Below are positions 19,362 to 29,220 of a stretch of 64,000 bases of DNA, piece by piece. Made by a program: the position numbers and the translations under genes. The stretch covers positions 62,001-126,000 of IMG/VR virus record IMGVR_UViG_3300028553_000005. One strand, given 5' to 3'. How positions within the stretch are numbered: the first letter of the stretch is position 1; each line of letters begins with the position of its first letter. The notes under the pieces were generated by a model that had not been told where the DNA came from, did no database searches, and worked only from the letters and a program-made list of their open reading frames with translations. Source of the DNA: an uncultured virus (IMG/VR IMGVR_UViG_3300028553_000005). Its lineage: Duplodnaviria > Heunggongvirae > Uroviricota > Caudoviricetes.

Positions 19362-21230
19362 TTAAGCTATTGCCCAATTTTGTAGCACTCTTATACCAGC
19401 ATAACTAGGCGGAGTACCACTAATTATTTCTGTAAAATTCAAATTATCATTACTTGCACTAACTGTTATATTACTTACATATCGGGTAGAATCATCTGAA
19501 CTACCTATTCGTAAAAATTTTACATCAGTACCTACATATTTTTCAGATCCCATATCGTAATCAACTACAAATGGCAGAGGATTCATATTAGTATCGTCCA
19601 GCGCTGTAGCATTTTGATTATTCAGATTTGTTAATGATCCAGCACTAGGAGCTACAGGAGAAGATAATGTTTGTGTGATATAATTTCCAGCACTATCTCT
19701 AAATGATAATTCTGTTAATTGAGCTTGCGAGCCGCCACCATTTACTGAATTTAATGTTACTCTAAAATATCTATATGATTGCAAAAACGTAATTGCTCCA
19801 GAAGAAGTAAATTTATAATATCTGTATCCACCAGAAGTTGTTACTGTTGGTGATCCAGTTGTTGAAGTTGCAAGTGCAAATGAATCAGGATACCTGAATA
19901 TACAAACACCAGATCCACCGGCAAACATTCTACCACCACCGCCTCCTCCAGTATTTGTTGAACCAGCACTAGTGCCTCCTGTGCCACCACCACCGGTGCC
20001 ACCAAGACCGTTAACGGCTCCATAGCTGTTAGATCCTGTACCTCCACCACCAGCATAATAAGTTCCATCTAACCATTGTTTTCCAGCACCGCCAGCACCT
20101 CCGCTAGTTCCAGAAACACCTACTGCTCCAGCTCCACCACCACCACCTCCAGTATATGGAGCTCCGGTTTGGTTTGCGCCTCCAGCATTTCCATATCCAG
20201 TTCCGCCATTATTACTTGTTTGTATGGAATTTCCTACATTTGTTACGCCGCTGTGTATTCCTCCGCCACCACCTGAACCTCCATCTTGGCCATTATAAGA
20301 ATAAGGTTGTGATGATCCTGCACCGCCACCCATACCTCCACCATAAGTGAGTCGTGTTATAGAAGAATTAGCTAAAGTCGAATTGTCACCTCTTTGTGAA
20401 CCTGAAGCACCACCAGCACCTATCGTAACAGTATAAGCCAATCCACTTCCTGTTATTGTTCCTTCTAACCAACCGCCAGCGCCACCACCGGCACCATCAA
20501 CTGTACCACCAGTTCCAGAACCTCCGCCTGCACCACCACCTGCTATTAACAAATAGTCAATCGATGTCGGCACAGGTAAAAAAGCACTGACAGTTAAATT
20601 AAATGTTCTGGTAGAATCTTGATTTTCAACATCTGTAGCTTTAACACCAAATGAATAAGTATTAGCTGATGTTATGGTACCATAATAATATCCATTGGAC
20701 AATAAATTAAAGCCTGTTGGTAGTATTGTGGTATTCGAGTATGTAACTGATGAATCTGATGTTGCGGATAATGTATTAGAAAATGCAATATTAGATGTTA
20801 CATTAGCTAAAGTTGTTGATGTTAACCATTGTGGCATGGTTGAAATAACAAATGAACTAGAGTATAAAGCACCTGATGAATTTGAATTGTAAACCGATAC
20901 TGCATAGTTTCCTGTGTTTGAAACAGGTAATTGAGCTCTCAATTCTGATGAATTTACAAATGTAACATTGGCTGTTGGTATCATCGTACCATTAAGAAAC
21001 ACATTCGCTGTTGAAGTGAAATTACTACCAAGAATACGAATATATGAATTGCTGATTGCAGCAGCCGTATCATCTAAAGTATTATAACCACTATCAGTTA
21101 CAACAATAGATGAAATAGAAGGACCTGTAGACGCACCAGAATTTACCAATCTGACAGATGTTGTAACAATCTGACTATTCTTGGCTGTTTCTTGTCCTAT
21201 CTGAGATTGGCTTGCTGTTGTAATTGCCAT
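19362..21230 (-). CDS. IPT/TIG + Ig-like + glycine-rich + discoidin/galactose-binding-like protein
   Basis: N-terminal half like the RCC1 paralogues; IDYLLIAGGGAGG domain; C-terminal SYRYFRV...ITVSASNDN. Confidence 0.65.
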   Translation of the reverse strand: MAITTASQSQIGQETAKNSQIVTTSVRLVNSGASTGPSISSIVVTDSGYNTLDDTAAAISNSYIRILGSNFTSTANVFLNGTMIPTANVTFVNSSELRAQLPVSNTGNYAVSVYNSNSSGALYSSSFVISTMPQWLTSTTLANVTSNIAFSNTLSATSDSSVTYSNTTILPTGFNLLSNGYYYGTITSANTYSFGVKATDVENQDSTRTFNLTVSAFLPVPTSIDYLLIAGGGAGGGSGTGGTVDGAGGGAGGWLEGTITGSGLAYTVTIGAGGASGSQRGDNSTLANSSITRLTYGGGMGGGAGSSQPYSYNGQDGGSGGGGGIHSGVTNVGNSIQTSNNGGTGYGNAGGANQTGAPYTGGGGGGAGAVGVSGTSGGAGGAGKQWLDGTYYAGGGGTGSNSYGAVNGLGGTGGGGTGGTSAGSTNTGGGGGGRMFAGGSGVCIFRYPDSFALATSTTGSPTVTTSGGYRYYKFTSSGAITFLQSYRYFRVTLNSVNGGGSQAQLTELSFRDSAGNYITQTLSSPVAPSAGSLTNLNNQNATALDDTNMNPLPFVVDYDMGSEKYVGTDVKFLRIGSSDDSTRYVSNITVSASNDNLNFTEIISGTPPSYAGIRVLQNWAIA

Positions 21231-21559
21231 TAACTAATCTCACTACCATATGCATTGATGCTTACAAAAGAAGTATTTGCATTGGCAGTAAGAACATCTG
21301 TAGCAGCCAATGTAATACCGAGTGTTAACGAAACAGTATCATTACCTGGAACGGGAGTATCATAGTTAATATAATGTTTAGCTGCAAGTGCTTCACCAGA
21401 TGGCCGAACAGCCAATCTAAATGTAGCACCTGTGTTTGCCTGATTACATACTGTAACAGTACTCAATATGGTACTTGTAAGAGATGGCACAGTATACACA
21501 GTTGTTGCTGTGTGTGCTGTTGGGTTAATTTGTCCTAGAACTTTATATGTTATTGGCAT
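21230..21559 (-). CDS. Small beta-rich virion adaptor-like protein
   Basis: YKVLGQINP...TVYTVPS...VTVCNQ...YGSEIS. Confidence 0.55.
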   Translation of the reverse strand: MPITYKVLGQINPTAHTATTVYTVPSLTSTILSTVTVCNQANTGATFRLAVRPSGEALAAKHYINYDTPVPGNDTVSLTLGITLAATDVLTANANTSFVSINAYGSEIS

Positions 21560-21569
21560 TTTATTTCCT

Positions 21570-22907
21570 TTAAGCGCCCATCAATAAGAATGGACTAATA
21601 ATATTATTAACTGTATATAGTGTGGTATTGGATGTACCAATTGTTGTTACTTCTATAATCTGAGTATTGGCTGGTGCAGAGGTAAATGTAAGTGTTGTTC
21701 CAACAACAGAGTAAGCAGACCTTGGTTGTGTAACACCACCAATCACAGCCGTTGTATAGTTAATAGTTGCTGGTGTTGTTGATAATGTGTATGCAACAGT
21801 TGAACCATCACCTGTGAATGTATCAACAGTAGAAGTTAATACGGCATCAGATGTGTTTGCTTTATTAAAGGCTGCTTGTGCTAATGTTGTTGCTGTATTA
21901 GCTTGAGTGAATGCAGCATTGGCTGTTTGTCTAGCAAATGTATCAGCACCACCAGCAGTGTTAGCTGCATTAAAGGCTGCTTGAACGTATGTTAGTCCAG
22001 CAATCTTTTCGTAAGTTGTTCCGTTGTTGGTAAATTCCCAAGCCGTATTGGCTTCAGACCATAATAGTTTTGTATTGGTAGAAGAACCACGATTGACTTC
22101 AATACCAGCACTTAAAGAAGGTGCACCAGTTACATTTGAATTCAATGTAATGATGTTATCTTTGACAGTTAAGTTTTCTGTGTTTGCATATACGGTGGCA
22201 CCAGTAATTGTTAAGTTTCCTGTTACTACTGTATCACCAGTAATTGTACCACCAGATGATGAGAATTTTGTATTGGCTGTATTGAAAGCTGCCTGTGCCA
22301 GTACATTGGCTGAGTTTGCTTTATCAAAAGCGGCTTGTGTTTGTGTTTCTGCATTACCAATTCTAGTATTTTGTGTTACTTCAATACCAGCAAACAAAGA
22401 ACTAAAGTTTGCTAAATCACTGGCTACAGTATTGGCTTTTGCAAAGGCCGAATTAGCATATTGATTGGCCGCATTAGCTTGTGCAAAGGCTGCGTTTGCT
22501 TGGCCGTAAGCTGAACCAGCTAAAGAGTTGGCTGCATTAGCTTGAGCATAAGCTGAATTAGCATATTGATTGGCCGCATTAGCTTGATCAAAAGCAGCTG
22601 CACCTGTGGCCGCTGAAGCGCCAGCAGATGTTTGTACCGAACCATCTGAGAATGTAATACCATTGGCACCAGTAACATAAATGCCACCTGTATATAAATT
22701 ACCTGTGATGCCTACACCACCAGAAACGATTAACGTGCCTGATACATTTGATGTGGAGATTTGTCCTGAAGATAAAACTAATTGGCCGATAGTAGCGGAG
22801 TTAATTGAACCGTTTCTTTTCCAAGCACCAAGCGCAGCATTCCATTGATAAACAATGCCGTTTACTAGAGCGGTTTGATTATTTGCCGGTGAGGTTGGAA
22901 ATGCCAT
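21570..22907 (-). CDS. Fibre protein (coiled-coil modules, one FTGDGS beta domain)
   Basis: MAFPTSP N-terminus; AQAAF..AN modules; 32-bp direct repeat 22450-22481 / 22555-22586; C-terminal ISPFLLMGA. Confidence 0.65.
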   Translation of the reverse strand: MAFPTSPANNQTALVNGIVYQWNAALGAWKRNGSINSATIGQLVLSSGQISTSNVSGTLIVSGGVGITGNLYTGGIYVTGANGITFSDGSVQTSAGASAATGAAAFDQANAANQYANSAYAQANAANSLAGSAYGQANAAFAQANAANQYANSAFAKANTVASDLANFSSLFAGIEVTQNTRIGNAETQTQAAFDKANSANVLAQAAFNTANTKFSSSGGTITGDTVVTGNLTITGATVYANTENLTVKDNIITLNSNVTGAPSLSAGIEVNRGSSTNTKLLWSEANTAWEFTNNGTTYEKIAGLTYVQAAFNAANTAGGADTFARQTANAAFTQANTATTLAQAAFNKANTSDAVLTSTVDTFTGDGSTVAYTLSTTPATINYTTAVIGGVTQPRSAYSVVGTTLTFTSAPANTQIIEVTTIGTSNTTLYTVNNIISPFLLMGA

Positions 22908-22929
22908 GTAATATTCCTAGGTTATCTTA

Positions 22930-22937
22930 TATTTATT
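22930..22937 (-). promoter_or_regulatory. Late promoter variant AATAAATA
   Basis: Overlaps stop of 22933..23295, upstream of ATG at 22907. Confidence 0.45.
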
Positions 22938-23295
22938 CTGTTGGTGGAACAAATTCTACCCAAGATGTTGTATCTTCATCCCAAACAAACATTTTACCTT
23001 CTTCTACAGGCATTGGTGTTGGTGCATCCCACAGACAAGTATCTTCATTCAATACCCATGAATTGAATGGCTTTGGCGGAATAAATGCATCACGACCAGC
23101 ATCGTATGCGTAACCAATACCAGCAAAGTTCTTTCTTAATGGAGTTCCACCATTAGCGTGAACACCACCGTGTGTGTTGTATGATGTTTGCACCCAAGAT
23201 GCTGGGTCACCCCAATGTCCGGTGTTTAAAACATCTTGCTCAATAACAATAACTTGCGTTACTGTTCCATCTTCTACTTTTGCAAAATGACTCAT
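22933..23295 (-). CDS. Conserved-type phage hypothetical protein (possible fibre chaperone)
   Basis: MSHFAKV...WVQTSYN...LRKNFAGIGY.YD...DAFIPPKP; strong AAGGAG ribosome-binding site. Confidence 0.6.
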   Translation of the reverse strand: MSHFAKVEDGTVTQVIVIEQDVLNTGHWGDPASWVQTSYNTHGGVHANGGTPLRKNFAGIGYAYDAGRDAFIPPKPFNSWVLNEDTCLWDAPTPMPVEEGKMFVWDEDTTSWVEFVPPTE

Positions 23296-23315
23296 TTTTT
23301 ACTTCTCCTTTTTAT

Positions 23316-24719
23316 TTAACCTAATATAGCCAGGCCAGCATATAGAGTGGATGTGGCTCGCAACCAAGTTGTTCCTGTTCCGACTTGAACGGGACTTGAT
23401 CTACTAGTGGTTGAACCCAATCCTAACGGACTGGTGCCGCCACCTGCATTGCCCAATCCCCAAGACCATAATGTACCATTTGTTTTAGTTGCTAGTGTAA
23501 ATTCATTATTTTTACCACAAAAAACTTCACGCCAAGTTGTATCGGTTCCTATCTGAACAGGACTGGAATAATTATTTGTGTTATTTGTACCTAATTGGCC
23601 TCGATTATTATTTCCCCATGCCCATAGTGTTCCATCGGTTTTGATTGCTAGAGCTCTATCACCACTCATAGAAACGTTTGACCAATTTGTTCCTGTTCCG
23701 ACTTGTGTTGGACTGGACCTATGAGATGTAGTGTTATGACCAAGAGATAGTCCTGGAGCTCCCCAAGTCCACAATGTTCCATCAGTTTTAATTGCTGCAC
23801 TATTTCGAGTTCCAGCGGAAACTTTTGACCAATTTGTTGATGATCCATTTTGCACAGGACTATCTGTTATTACATATGGGCTAGATTCATTTAATCCTAA
23901 AGCACCAGTATTACTTGGATTTCCATTTGTACCCCAAACCCACAAGGTACCATCGTTTTTAACTGCTAATGTGTGAGTATATCCACCGACAACCTCTGCC
24001 CAAGTTGTTAATGATCCTACTTGTGTTGGTACATAGGTAAAATAACCAGGTCCTCCATATCCTATACCTGATTGTCTATATGAATTATCACCCCAAGCCC
24101 ATAATGTGCCGTTGTCTTTGATTGCAAATGAAGTATTGTATCCGGCTGAAACTTTATTCCAATTCGTAGCGCTTCCAATTTGTATAGGACTACCTACTGA
24201 AGTTATACTATTGTTACCCAATTGTCCGTTACCGTTAAATCCCCAAGCCCACAAAGTATAATCAGATTTTTTTGATATAGTATGATTGTGACCAGCAGAA
24301 ATATTCATCCAAGTTGTTAGAGATCCAACTTGAACTGGACTTAAAACACCCCCACCTCCGGTACCTAAAACTCCGTATGTGTTATTACCCCATGTATACA
24401 AATAACCATAGTCTGGTGTTTGAGAGGTATCAGTAATTACAATTGGGCTTGCGGTATTTACTACTGGTGTACCATCTAATGAGCCAGTAAGAATTTGAAT
24501 ACCTAAAGTTTTAGTTCCATCTGTAGCATCATCCGCTGAAATTGTTACATTCCATACAGCACGATTATTTGTAACTGTAATAGAACCCGTATTACCGCCA
24601 ACAATATCCGAATTGGTGGTGTTACCCGTGGTCTTCCAATACAATGTGGTACCATCGGCTGTGTTGGTTGTAGTTACTGTAAATTGTACCGTAGTGTTCG
24701 AGGTTTCATTTAATGGCAT
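23316..24719 (-). CDS. RCC1-like propeller protein with a different (Calx-beta/Ig-like) N-terminal domain
   Basis: VQFTVTTTNTADGTTLYW N-terminus; same blade consensus. Confidence 0.8.
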   Translation of the reverse strand: MPLNETSNTTVQFTVTTTNTADGTTLYWKTTGNTTNSDIVGGNTGSITVTNNRAVWNVTISADDATDGTKTLGIQILTGSLDGTPVVNTASPIVITDTSQTPDYGYLYTWGNNTYGVLGTGGGGVLSPVQVGSLTTWMNISAGHNHTISKKSDYTLWAWGFNGNGQLGNNSITSVGSPIQIGSATNWNKVSAGYNTSFAIKDNGTLWAWGDNSYRQSGIGYGGPGYFTYVPTQVGSLTTWAEVVGGYTHTLAVKNDGTLWVWGTNGNPSNTGALGLNESSPYVITDSPVQNGSSTNWSKVSAGTRNSAAIKTDGTLWTWGAPGLSLGHNTTSHRSSPTQVGTGTNWSNVSMSGDRALAIKTDGTLWAWGNNNRGQLGTNNTNNYSSPVQIGTDTTWREVFCGKNNEFTLATKTNGTLWSWGLGNAGGGTSPLGLGSTTSRSSPVQVGTGTTWLRATSTLYAGLAILG

Positions 24720-24728
24720 TTCTAATCC

Positions 24729-25808
24729 TTAACTTACATTAGATGTGATGGTGTATTGAACAAGAATATTGGACGATATCAGTATTGGTCCAGAAATATC
24801 AATCCAATTATTACTTACACCATCATATGAATACATATACAATGTTTCATCTGTTAAACTTAACCATAAATCACCAACAGTATTACCTGTAGGTGCTGTG
24901 TTACTTGATGTTGCTCGAGCACCAGAGTTTGCTCTGTTGAAAGCAGCTTGTGCTAAAGAATTTATGTTGGTAATATTTGTATTCTGTGTAACATCAACAC
25001 CTTGAGTATAAATGGTGTTTGCAGAAACGGTGTTTGCTGTTGTTCTAGCATACGAATCTATGCCTGTTGCAGCTGTTGTTTGTGTGGTACCATCCGGGAA
25101 TGCTACATTACCTTTAAAGTAGTCTGCATTAACATTAGCTTTAGCAAATGAAGCATGGTTAATATTAACATTGTTATTTGCAGTAATTTCAGGAGTATAA
25201 CCTTTAAATACATACCATTCTTTTGTGTCAGGATCTCTTATGAATCCTGTGTGTGCATTGGTGCCATCATTGTAGTGACCACTAATACCAATGTCTAATA
25301 AATCGGATGTATAATTTCCTGTTCCTAATGTTATTAAAGAATCGATAACAGTAAATGAAGTTGTATTGATTGTTGTTGTTGTACCTAGTACAGTCAAGTT
25401 TCCTGTAACGGCTAAATCTTGTGATACATTTAATGATCCAGTGATTGTACCACCTGAAGATGACAACTTTGTATTGGCAGCATTAAAGGCTGCTTGTGCA
25501 TTAGTTTCTACGGCTGTAAGTCTGGTGTTCTGTGCAACATCAACACCAGAGAGATATAATGTATTTGCTGAAGCAGTGTTTGCCTCTGAGTATGCAGCTT
25601 CACCAATTGATCCACGAATTTCAGCTTGAGCAGTCCACTTACGACCACCTGGAAATGTACTATCATAAATTAATACATCACCAGTATTACCTGTACCAAG
25701 ATTTGGCTCAGCAGAACTTAGGTCTAAGTATTGATATCTATTAGCTGCAACGTTAGCTGCACTAGTTACAGGTACACGGCCACTAATTAATCTGGATTTG
25801 GTCGACAT
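24729..25808 (-). CDS. Fibre segment protein
   Basis: AEPNLG N-terminal motif; DIGISGHY..HTGFIRD domain shared with 29221..31029; C-terminal APTGNTVGDLW. Confidence 0.6.
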   Translation of the reverse strand: MSTKSRLISGRVPVTSAANVAANRYQYLDLSSAEPNLGTGNTGDVLIYDSTFPGGRKWTAQAEIRGSIGEAAYSEANTASANTLYLSGVDVAQNTRLTAVETNAQAAFNAANTKLSSSGGTITGSLNVSQDLAVTGNLTVLGTTTTINTTSFTVIDSLITLGTGNYTSDLLDIGISGHYNDGTNAHTGFIRDPDTKEWYVFKGYTPEITANNNVNINHASFAKANVNADYFKGNVAFPDGTTQTTAATGIDSYARTTANTVSANTIYTQGVDVTQNTNITNINSLAQAAFNRANSGARATSSNTAPTGNTVGDLWLSLTDETLYMYSYDGVSNNWIDISGPILISSNILVQYTITSNVS

Positions 25809-25816
25809 GTTTTATA

Positions 25817-26158
25817 TTAAGCGTTAGCAGTTTCGAGATAAGATAATACCAATTGTGCTCTGTCGTTTGCACTAGCACTAATTGAGAATGAATCTCCAGT
25901 TTGTAATATTAATTTACCAGTTAACAGACTTGCAGCATCACTAACAGGTATGGTTGTATTTTTAATAAGTGATACTGAATTACCACTACGAACATGGTTA
26001 GCCGAAACAGTTACAGAATTAGTAGGATCAATATTTGAAACTTGTGTCAACAGAACAACAGTTGTTACACCAGCAGGTGTGGTATATACGGTTGTCGTTG
26101 ACGTTGTAACGTTGGCTGTTGTTGTTTTAAATGTATTTAATGGAATTTGTGTTGCCAT
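25817..26158 (-). CDS. Small beta-rich virion adaptor-like protein
   Basis: TVYTTPAGVTTVVLLTQVSN...KLILQTGD...SYLETAN. Confidence 0.55.
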   Translation of the reverse strand: MATQIPLNTFKTTTANVTTSTTTVYTTPAGVTTVVLLTQVSNIDPTNSVTVSANHVRSGNSVSLIKNTTIPVSDAASLLTGKLILQTGDSFSISASANDRAQLVLSYLETANA

Positions 26159-26162
26159 TTTA

Positions 26163-28055
26163 TTAACCTTCTAGAGCGAGTATATAAGGAGTCATTTCAG
26201 CAAAAAGACTTTTCGAAAAGGTTCTTCCTGAAATCGTAGATGTTGACTGATTAATCGTTAAATCAGATACAACAAAATTACCACTTTGGTCTGTTGAAGT
26301 AGCAAACACAGCACCTTCATCAATTCCAATTATCTGTGCAGCCGAGTTAGCAATACCACCTAACTTAGGTAAAGCATTAATTGATGTACCAGCACCAACA
26401 TATTCAAAAGTCTGGCCGGATGCTCTCAATTGACTTTGCTGATAAAATTTAACACCTGTTCCACTTGAGAATGAATTTGCAATTGAGTTTTGGAATGTTA
26501 CTGTTGTATTACCACCACTTAATGTTGTTGCTTCAGTAACAGGATAATAACTTTCAGCTGCATCTCCATCTATTTTCATAATCAAACCTGTGTATGGAAT
26601 AGTTGCTGTGATTCCCAAAGCACTATTCGCTACGACATTATTTAGGTCGATTGTAAAAGTTGCTTCAGCACTAGTCATTGACAAATTAGCTGTCATCGCC
26701 AACTTACCTTTACCGTTGGCAACTAAACCTTTGTTACCAAAGTTTACGTTACAGTTACCCATTGAAGCAGTACCACCTGATTCGGCTAAGAATGCCGTAT
26801 CACAGAAAATACCATAAATGGAAACCAACTGTGTGTAACCATCATTCAATACATGTATCCCCGTACCACCAGAATTGACCTGAGTGAATTGTGCAGAGAT
26901 AATACTCTTGTTGCCTGTCGCCAAATCTCCATCGATTTTGATGCCTGTTCCTGTCGTTGTGATTGACGAGCAATTATAAATGTATGGACTACCAGTAATG
27001 TATGTGGTATACCTAGAACTTGCAGCTGCAGGTGAATTTCTAAGTGGTATGCCTAAAGAATATACAGAAGTATTATTTGGTTGTGTTGACCAGTTTGCAT
27101 CTACTGTGGCAACTTTTGTTGTGCCGTTGTAAGAAGAAACATTGGCTGATTGTCCTGATCCTGTTCCACCAGTAATAGTAACTTTCATACTCTTATAATG
27201 ATCGGTGTAAGTCGATGCGCCAGAATTTAAAGTAATTGTATTTGCACCACCGGCTTGTGCTGTACCTGTTTCTAATGTAGTTGTTGGAAAAGAAACAGCG
27301 GCACCAGTATATTCTATAAATTTAAAACCAGTTACATAACTGTTATTGTTTACATAGAAAACATTATTAGAAGTTGTTGTTGGTTTAATAATACAAGTTC
27401 TTTCACCAGAACCTTGTACTTGAACATTCTGTGGAATAATAATTGGTGTAATTTCTGTATATGTTCCTGAATGAACTACAACAGAATCACCAGGTTGTGC
27501 CAGAGCTACAGCTGCACGAATGGTTGCCTTAGCGGCACTTGGTGTATCACCTTTAAAGTTATCGTTACCATTCATTGCCACATGCCAAGTGTTACCTGTT
27601 GGTGCAGAAGATATATCAATAATTTGACCATTGTTTAATTGAATAAACATTCTACCATCAATTAGATTGATAGATGGTTCACCTGGTTTTAAACTGTTAA
27701 CTGCTGGTATTGTACCAGAAGCAGTATTAGAAAATGTTAATGATACATTAGAAATAGCACCAGCAGCAATTGTGTTTGCAAAATTATATGATGCCTGTGC
27801 TAACACATTGGCTGAATTGGCTTTATCAAATGCTAATTGACCAACTGTACCTGTGGCAGTATTGGCTGCATTAAAAGCCGCTTGAGCAAATGATTTAGTT
27901 GCAAGTGTTGTACCACCTAGAGTTACACCATCATGAACAACAACTGTTTTTTGGTCTGTATCAACCGTGAGTTCGGCCAAAGCACCAGTAAAAGATGCTG
28001 TCTGTGCCGTAGTACCTCTACGGATTTGAACTATAGTAGAATTGTTAGCTGCCAT
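26163..28055 (-). CDS. Mtd N-terminal-like domain + pectate-lyase-like beta-helix tailspike-type protein
   Basis: VQIRRGTTAQTASFTGALAELTVDTD..VVVHDG; WHVAMNGND...TIRAAV..A.PGDSVVVHSGTYTE beta-helix cap. Confidence 0.7.
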   Translation of the reverse strand: MAANNSTIVQIRRGTTAQTASFTGALAELTVDTDQKTVVVHDGVTLGGTTLATKSFAQAAFNAANTATGTVGQLAFDKANSANVLAQASYNFANTIAAGAISNVSLTFSNTASGTIPAVNSLKPGEPSINLIDGRMFIQLNNGQIIDISSAPTGNTWHVAMNGNDNFKGDTPSAAKATIRAAVALAQPGDSVVVHSGTYTEITPIIIPQNVQVQGSGERTCIIKPTTTSNNVFYVNNNSYVTGFKFIEYTGAAVSFPTTTLETGTAQAGGANTITLNSGASTYTDHYKSMKVTITGGTGSGQSANVSSYNGTTKVATVDANWSTQPNNTSVYSLGIPLRNSPAAASSRYTTYITGSPYIYNCSSITTTGTGIKIDGDLATGNKSIISAQFTQVNSGGTGIHVLNDGYTQLVSIYGIFCDTAFLAESGGTASMGNCNVNFGNKGLVANGKGKLAMTANLSMTSAEATFTIDLNNVVANSALGITATIPYTGLIMKIDGDAAESYYPVTEATTLSGGNTTVTFQNSIANSFSSGTGVKFYQQSQLRASGQTFEYVGAGTSINALPKLGGIANSAAQIIGIDEGAVFATSTDQSGNFVVSDLTINQSTSTISGRTFSKSLFAEMTPYILALEG

Positions 28056-28076
28056 ATTTTTTCCAACTTATATGTA

Positions 28077-28084
28077 TATTTATA
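28077..28084 (-). promoter_or_regulatory. T4-type late promoter TATAAATA
   Basis: Exact match overlapping stop of 28080..28571, upstream of ATG at 28055. Confidence 0.7.
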
Positions 28085-28571
28085 GTGTTCCGTAATCGAA
28101 TAATATTGGACCCGGTGTTTGGGGTATCCAACCGTGGTCTATATATTGACCACCGGTTATCGTATAAGTTCCTGCTCCCGTGTTTGCTTGATCAAAAGCC
28201 GCTTGAGCCAAAACATTGGCTGAATTGGCTTTATCTCTGGCAAATTGATCGGTTGAATCGCCACCGCCGCTTGCTGTAGAATTAATTGTGATTCTTTTAT
28301 TAAATGTGTCCGTAGATATGGTAATATTATTACCAGGAAGAATTGATAGTGTATCATACGGAGAAGTTGCTAATATCAGAGAAGAATTAGCATTGATTGT
28401 AGCAAAAGAATCGGTTGCTGGGCTAGTAGAAATACTAGCGATTGAACCATTTGAGGCTTTATAGAACAGTTTTCCATCAGCGTAGTTTAACGCCAACTCA
28501 CCATACGATAGTGAAGGTGGTACGTTACCTGTTACACCTGATTTCTTTAACTGTACTGTTGTGTTTGCCAT
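28080..28571 (-). CDS. Short fibre connector protein
   Basis: VQLKKS...PPSLSYGELALNYADGKLFYK; C-terminal IDHGWI...FDYGTL. Confidence 0.6.
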   Translation of the reverse strand: MANTTVQLKKSGVTGNVPPSLSYGELALNYADGKLFYKASNGSIASISTSPATDSFATINANSSLILATSPYDTLSILPGNNITISTDTFNKRITINSTASGGGDSTDQFARDKANSANVLAQAAFDQANTGAGTYTITGGQYIDHGWIPQTPGPILFDYGTL

Positions 28572-28576
28572 TTACC

Positions 28577-29182
28577 TTAAAAACTTCCGCCATCTTTGAG
28601 TGTATCTTCCGAATTACTAAAAACATCCAATGTTGGTGTTTCAGTAACTTCTTTTTTTACTTCCTCAACTTTTTTTCTTTTAGCAGGAGTTAATTGTAAA
28701 TAGTCAATCTTATCATTTAGTTCTTTAATTTTTAATTCATACGAACTAGTTAAATCAGCAATAATTTTTTCATTATCAACACGAACATTATTTAATTCTT
28801 CCCGTGTTTTGTTTAACTCGGTTCTGAAAGTGTCTACATGTTGTACTTGATGTTTAACATTTTCATATTCAGCTTTCATTGTTTTTAACTGAGAAATCTC
28901 CTGATTCAATGTGTTGATTGTGTTTACATGGTCTTTGATACTATTTTCTAAATTTTGATAACGTTGATTATCAGAATCATTTTGCTGTTTTTTAGCAGAT
29001 TCTAAATCTACTTTAAGAGCATTAATAGTACCATCTAAACCTTCAACCTTCTTAGTGTGTTCCTCAATTATTTCTTTGCTGATTCTGTCATTTGCTTGTA
29101 ATGAAATGTTTCTTATCAAACAATCATTTAATGTAGTAATCAATCCCTCAATATAATAATTAACAAACTTTTCATTACCCAT
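28577..29182 (-). CDS. Coiled-coil protein (possible fibre chaperone)
   Basis: Long charged heptad pattern; ends KDGGSF. Confidence 0.55.
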   Translation of the reverse strand: MGNEKFVNYYIEGLITTLNDCLIRNISLQANDRISKEIIEEHTKKVEGLDGTINALKVDLESAKKQQNDSDNQRYQNLENSIKDHVNTINTLNQEISQLKTMKAEYENVKHQVQHVDTFRTELNKTREELNNVRVDNEKIIADLTSSYELKIKELNDKIDYLQLTPAKRKKVEEVKKEVTETPTLDVFSNSEDTLKDGGSF

Positions 29183-29220
29183 TTCAAACTCCCTATTATA
29201 AAAAAATTATATAGTATTAC

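Noticed and set aside
5159..24719. CRISPR-like regularly spaced repeats
   Set aside because: Units of about 150-160 bp are degenerate, in-frame propeller blades; no cas genes
13149..24719. Invertible tail-fibre shufflon
   Set aside because: All paralogues are co-oriented and complete; no invertase or flanking inverted sites seen
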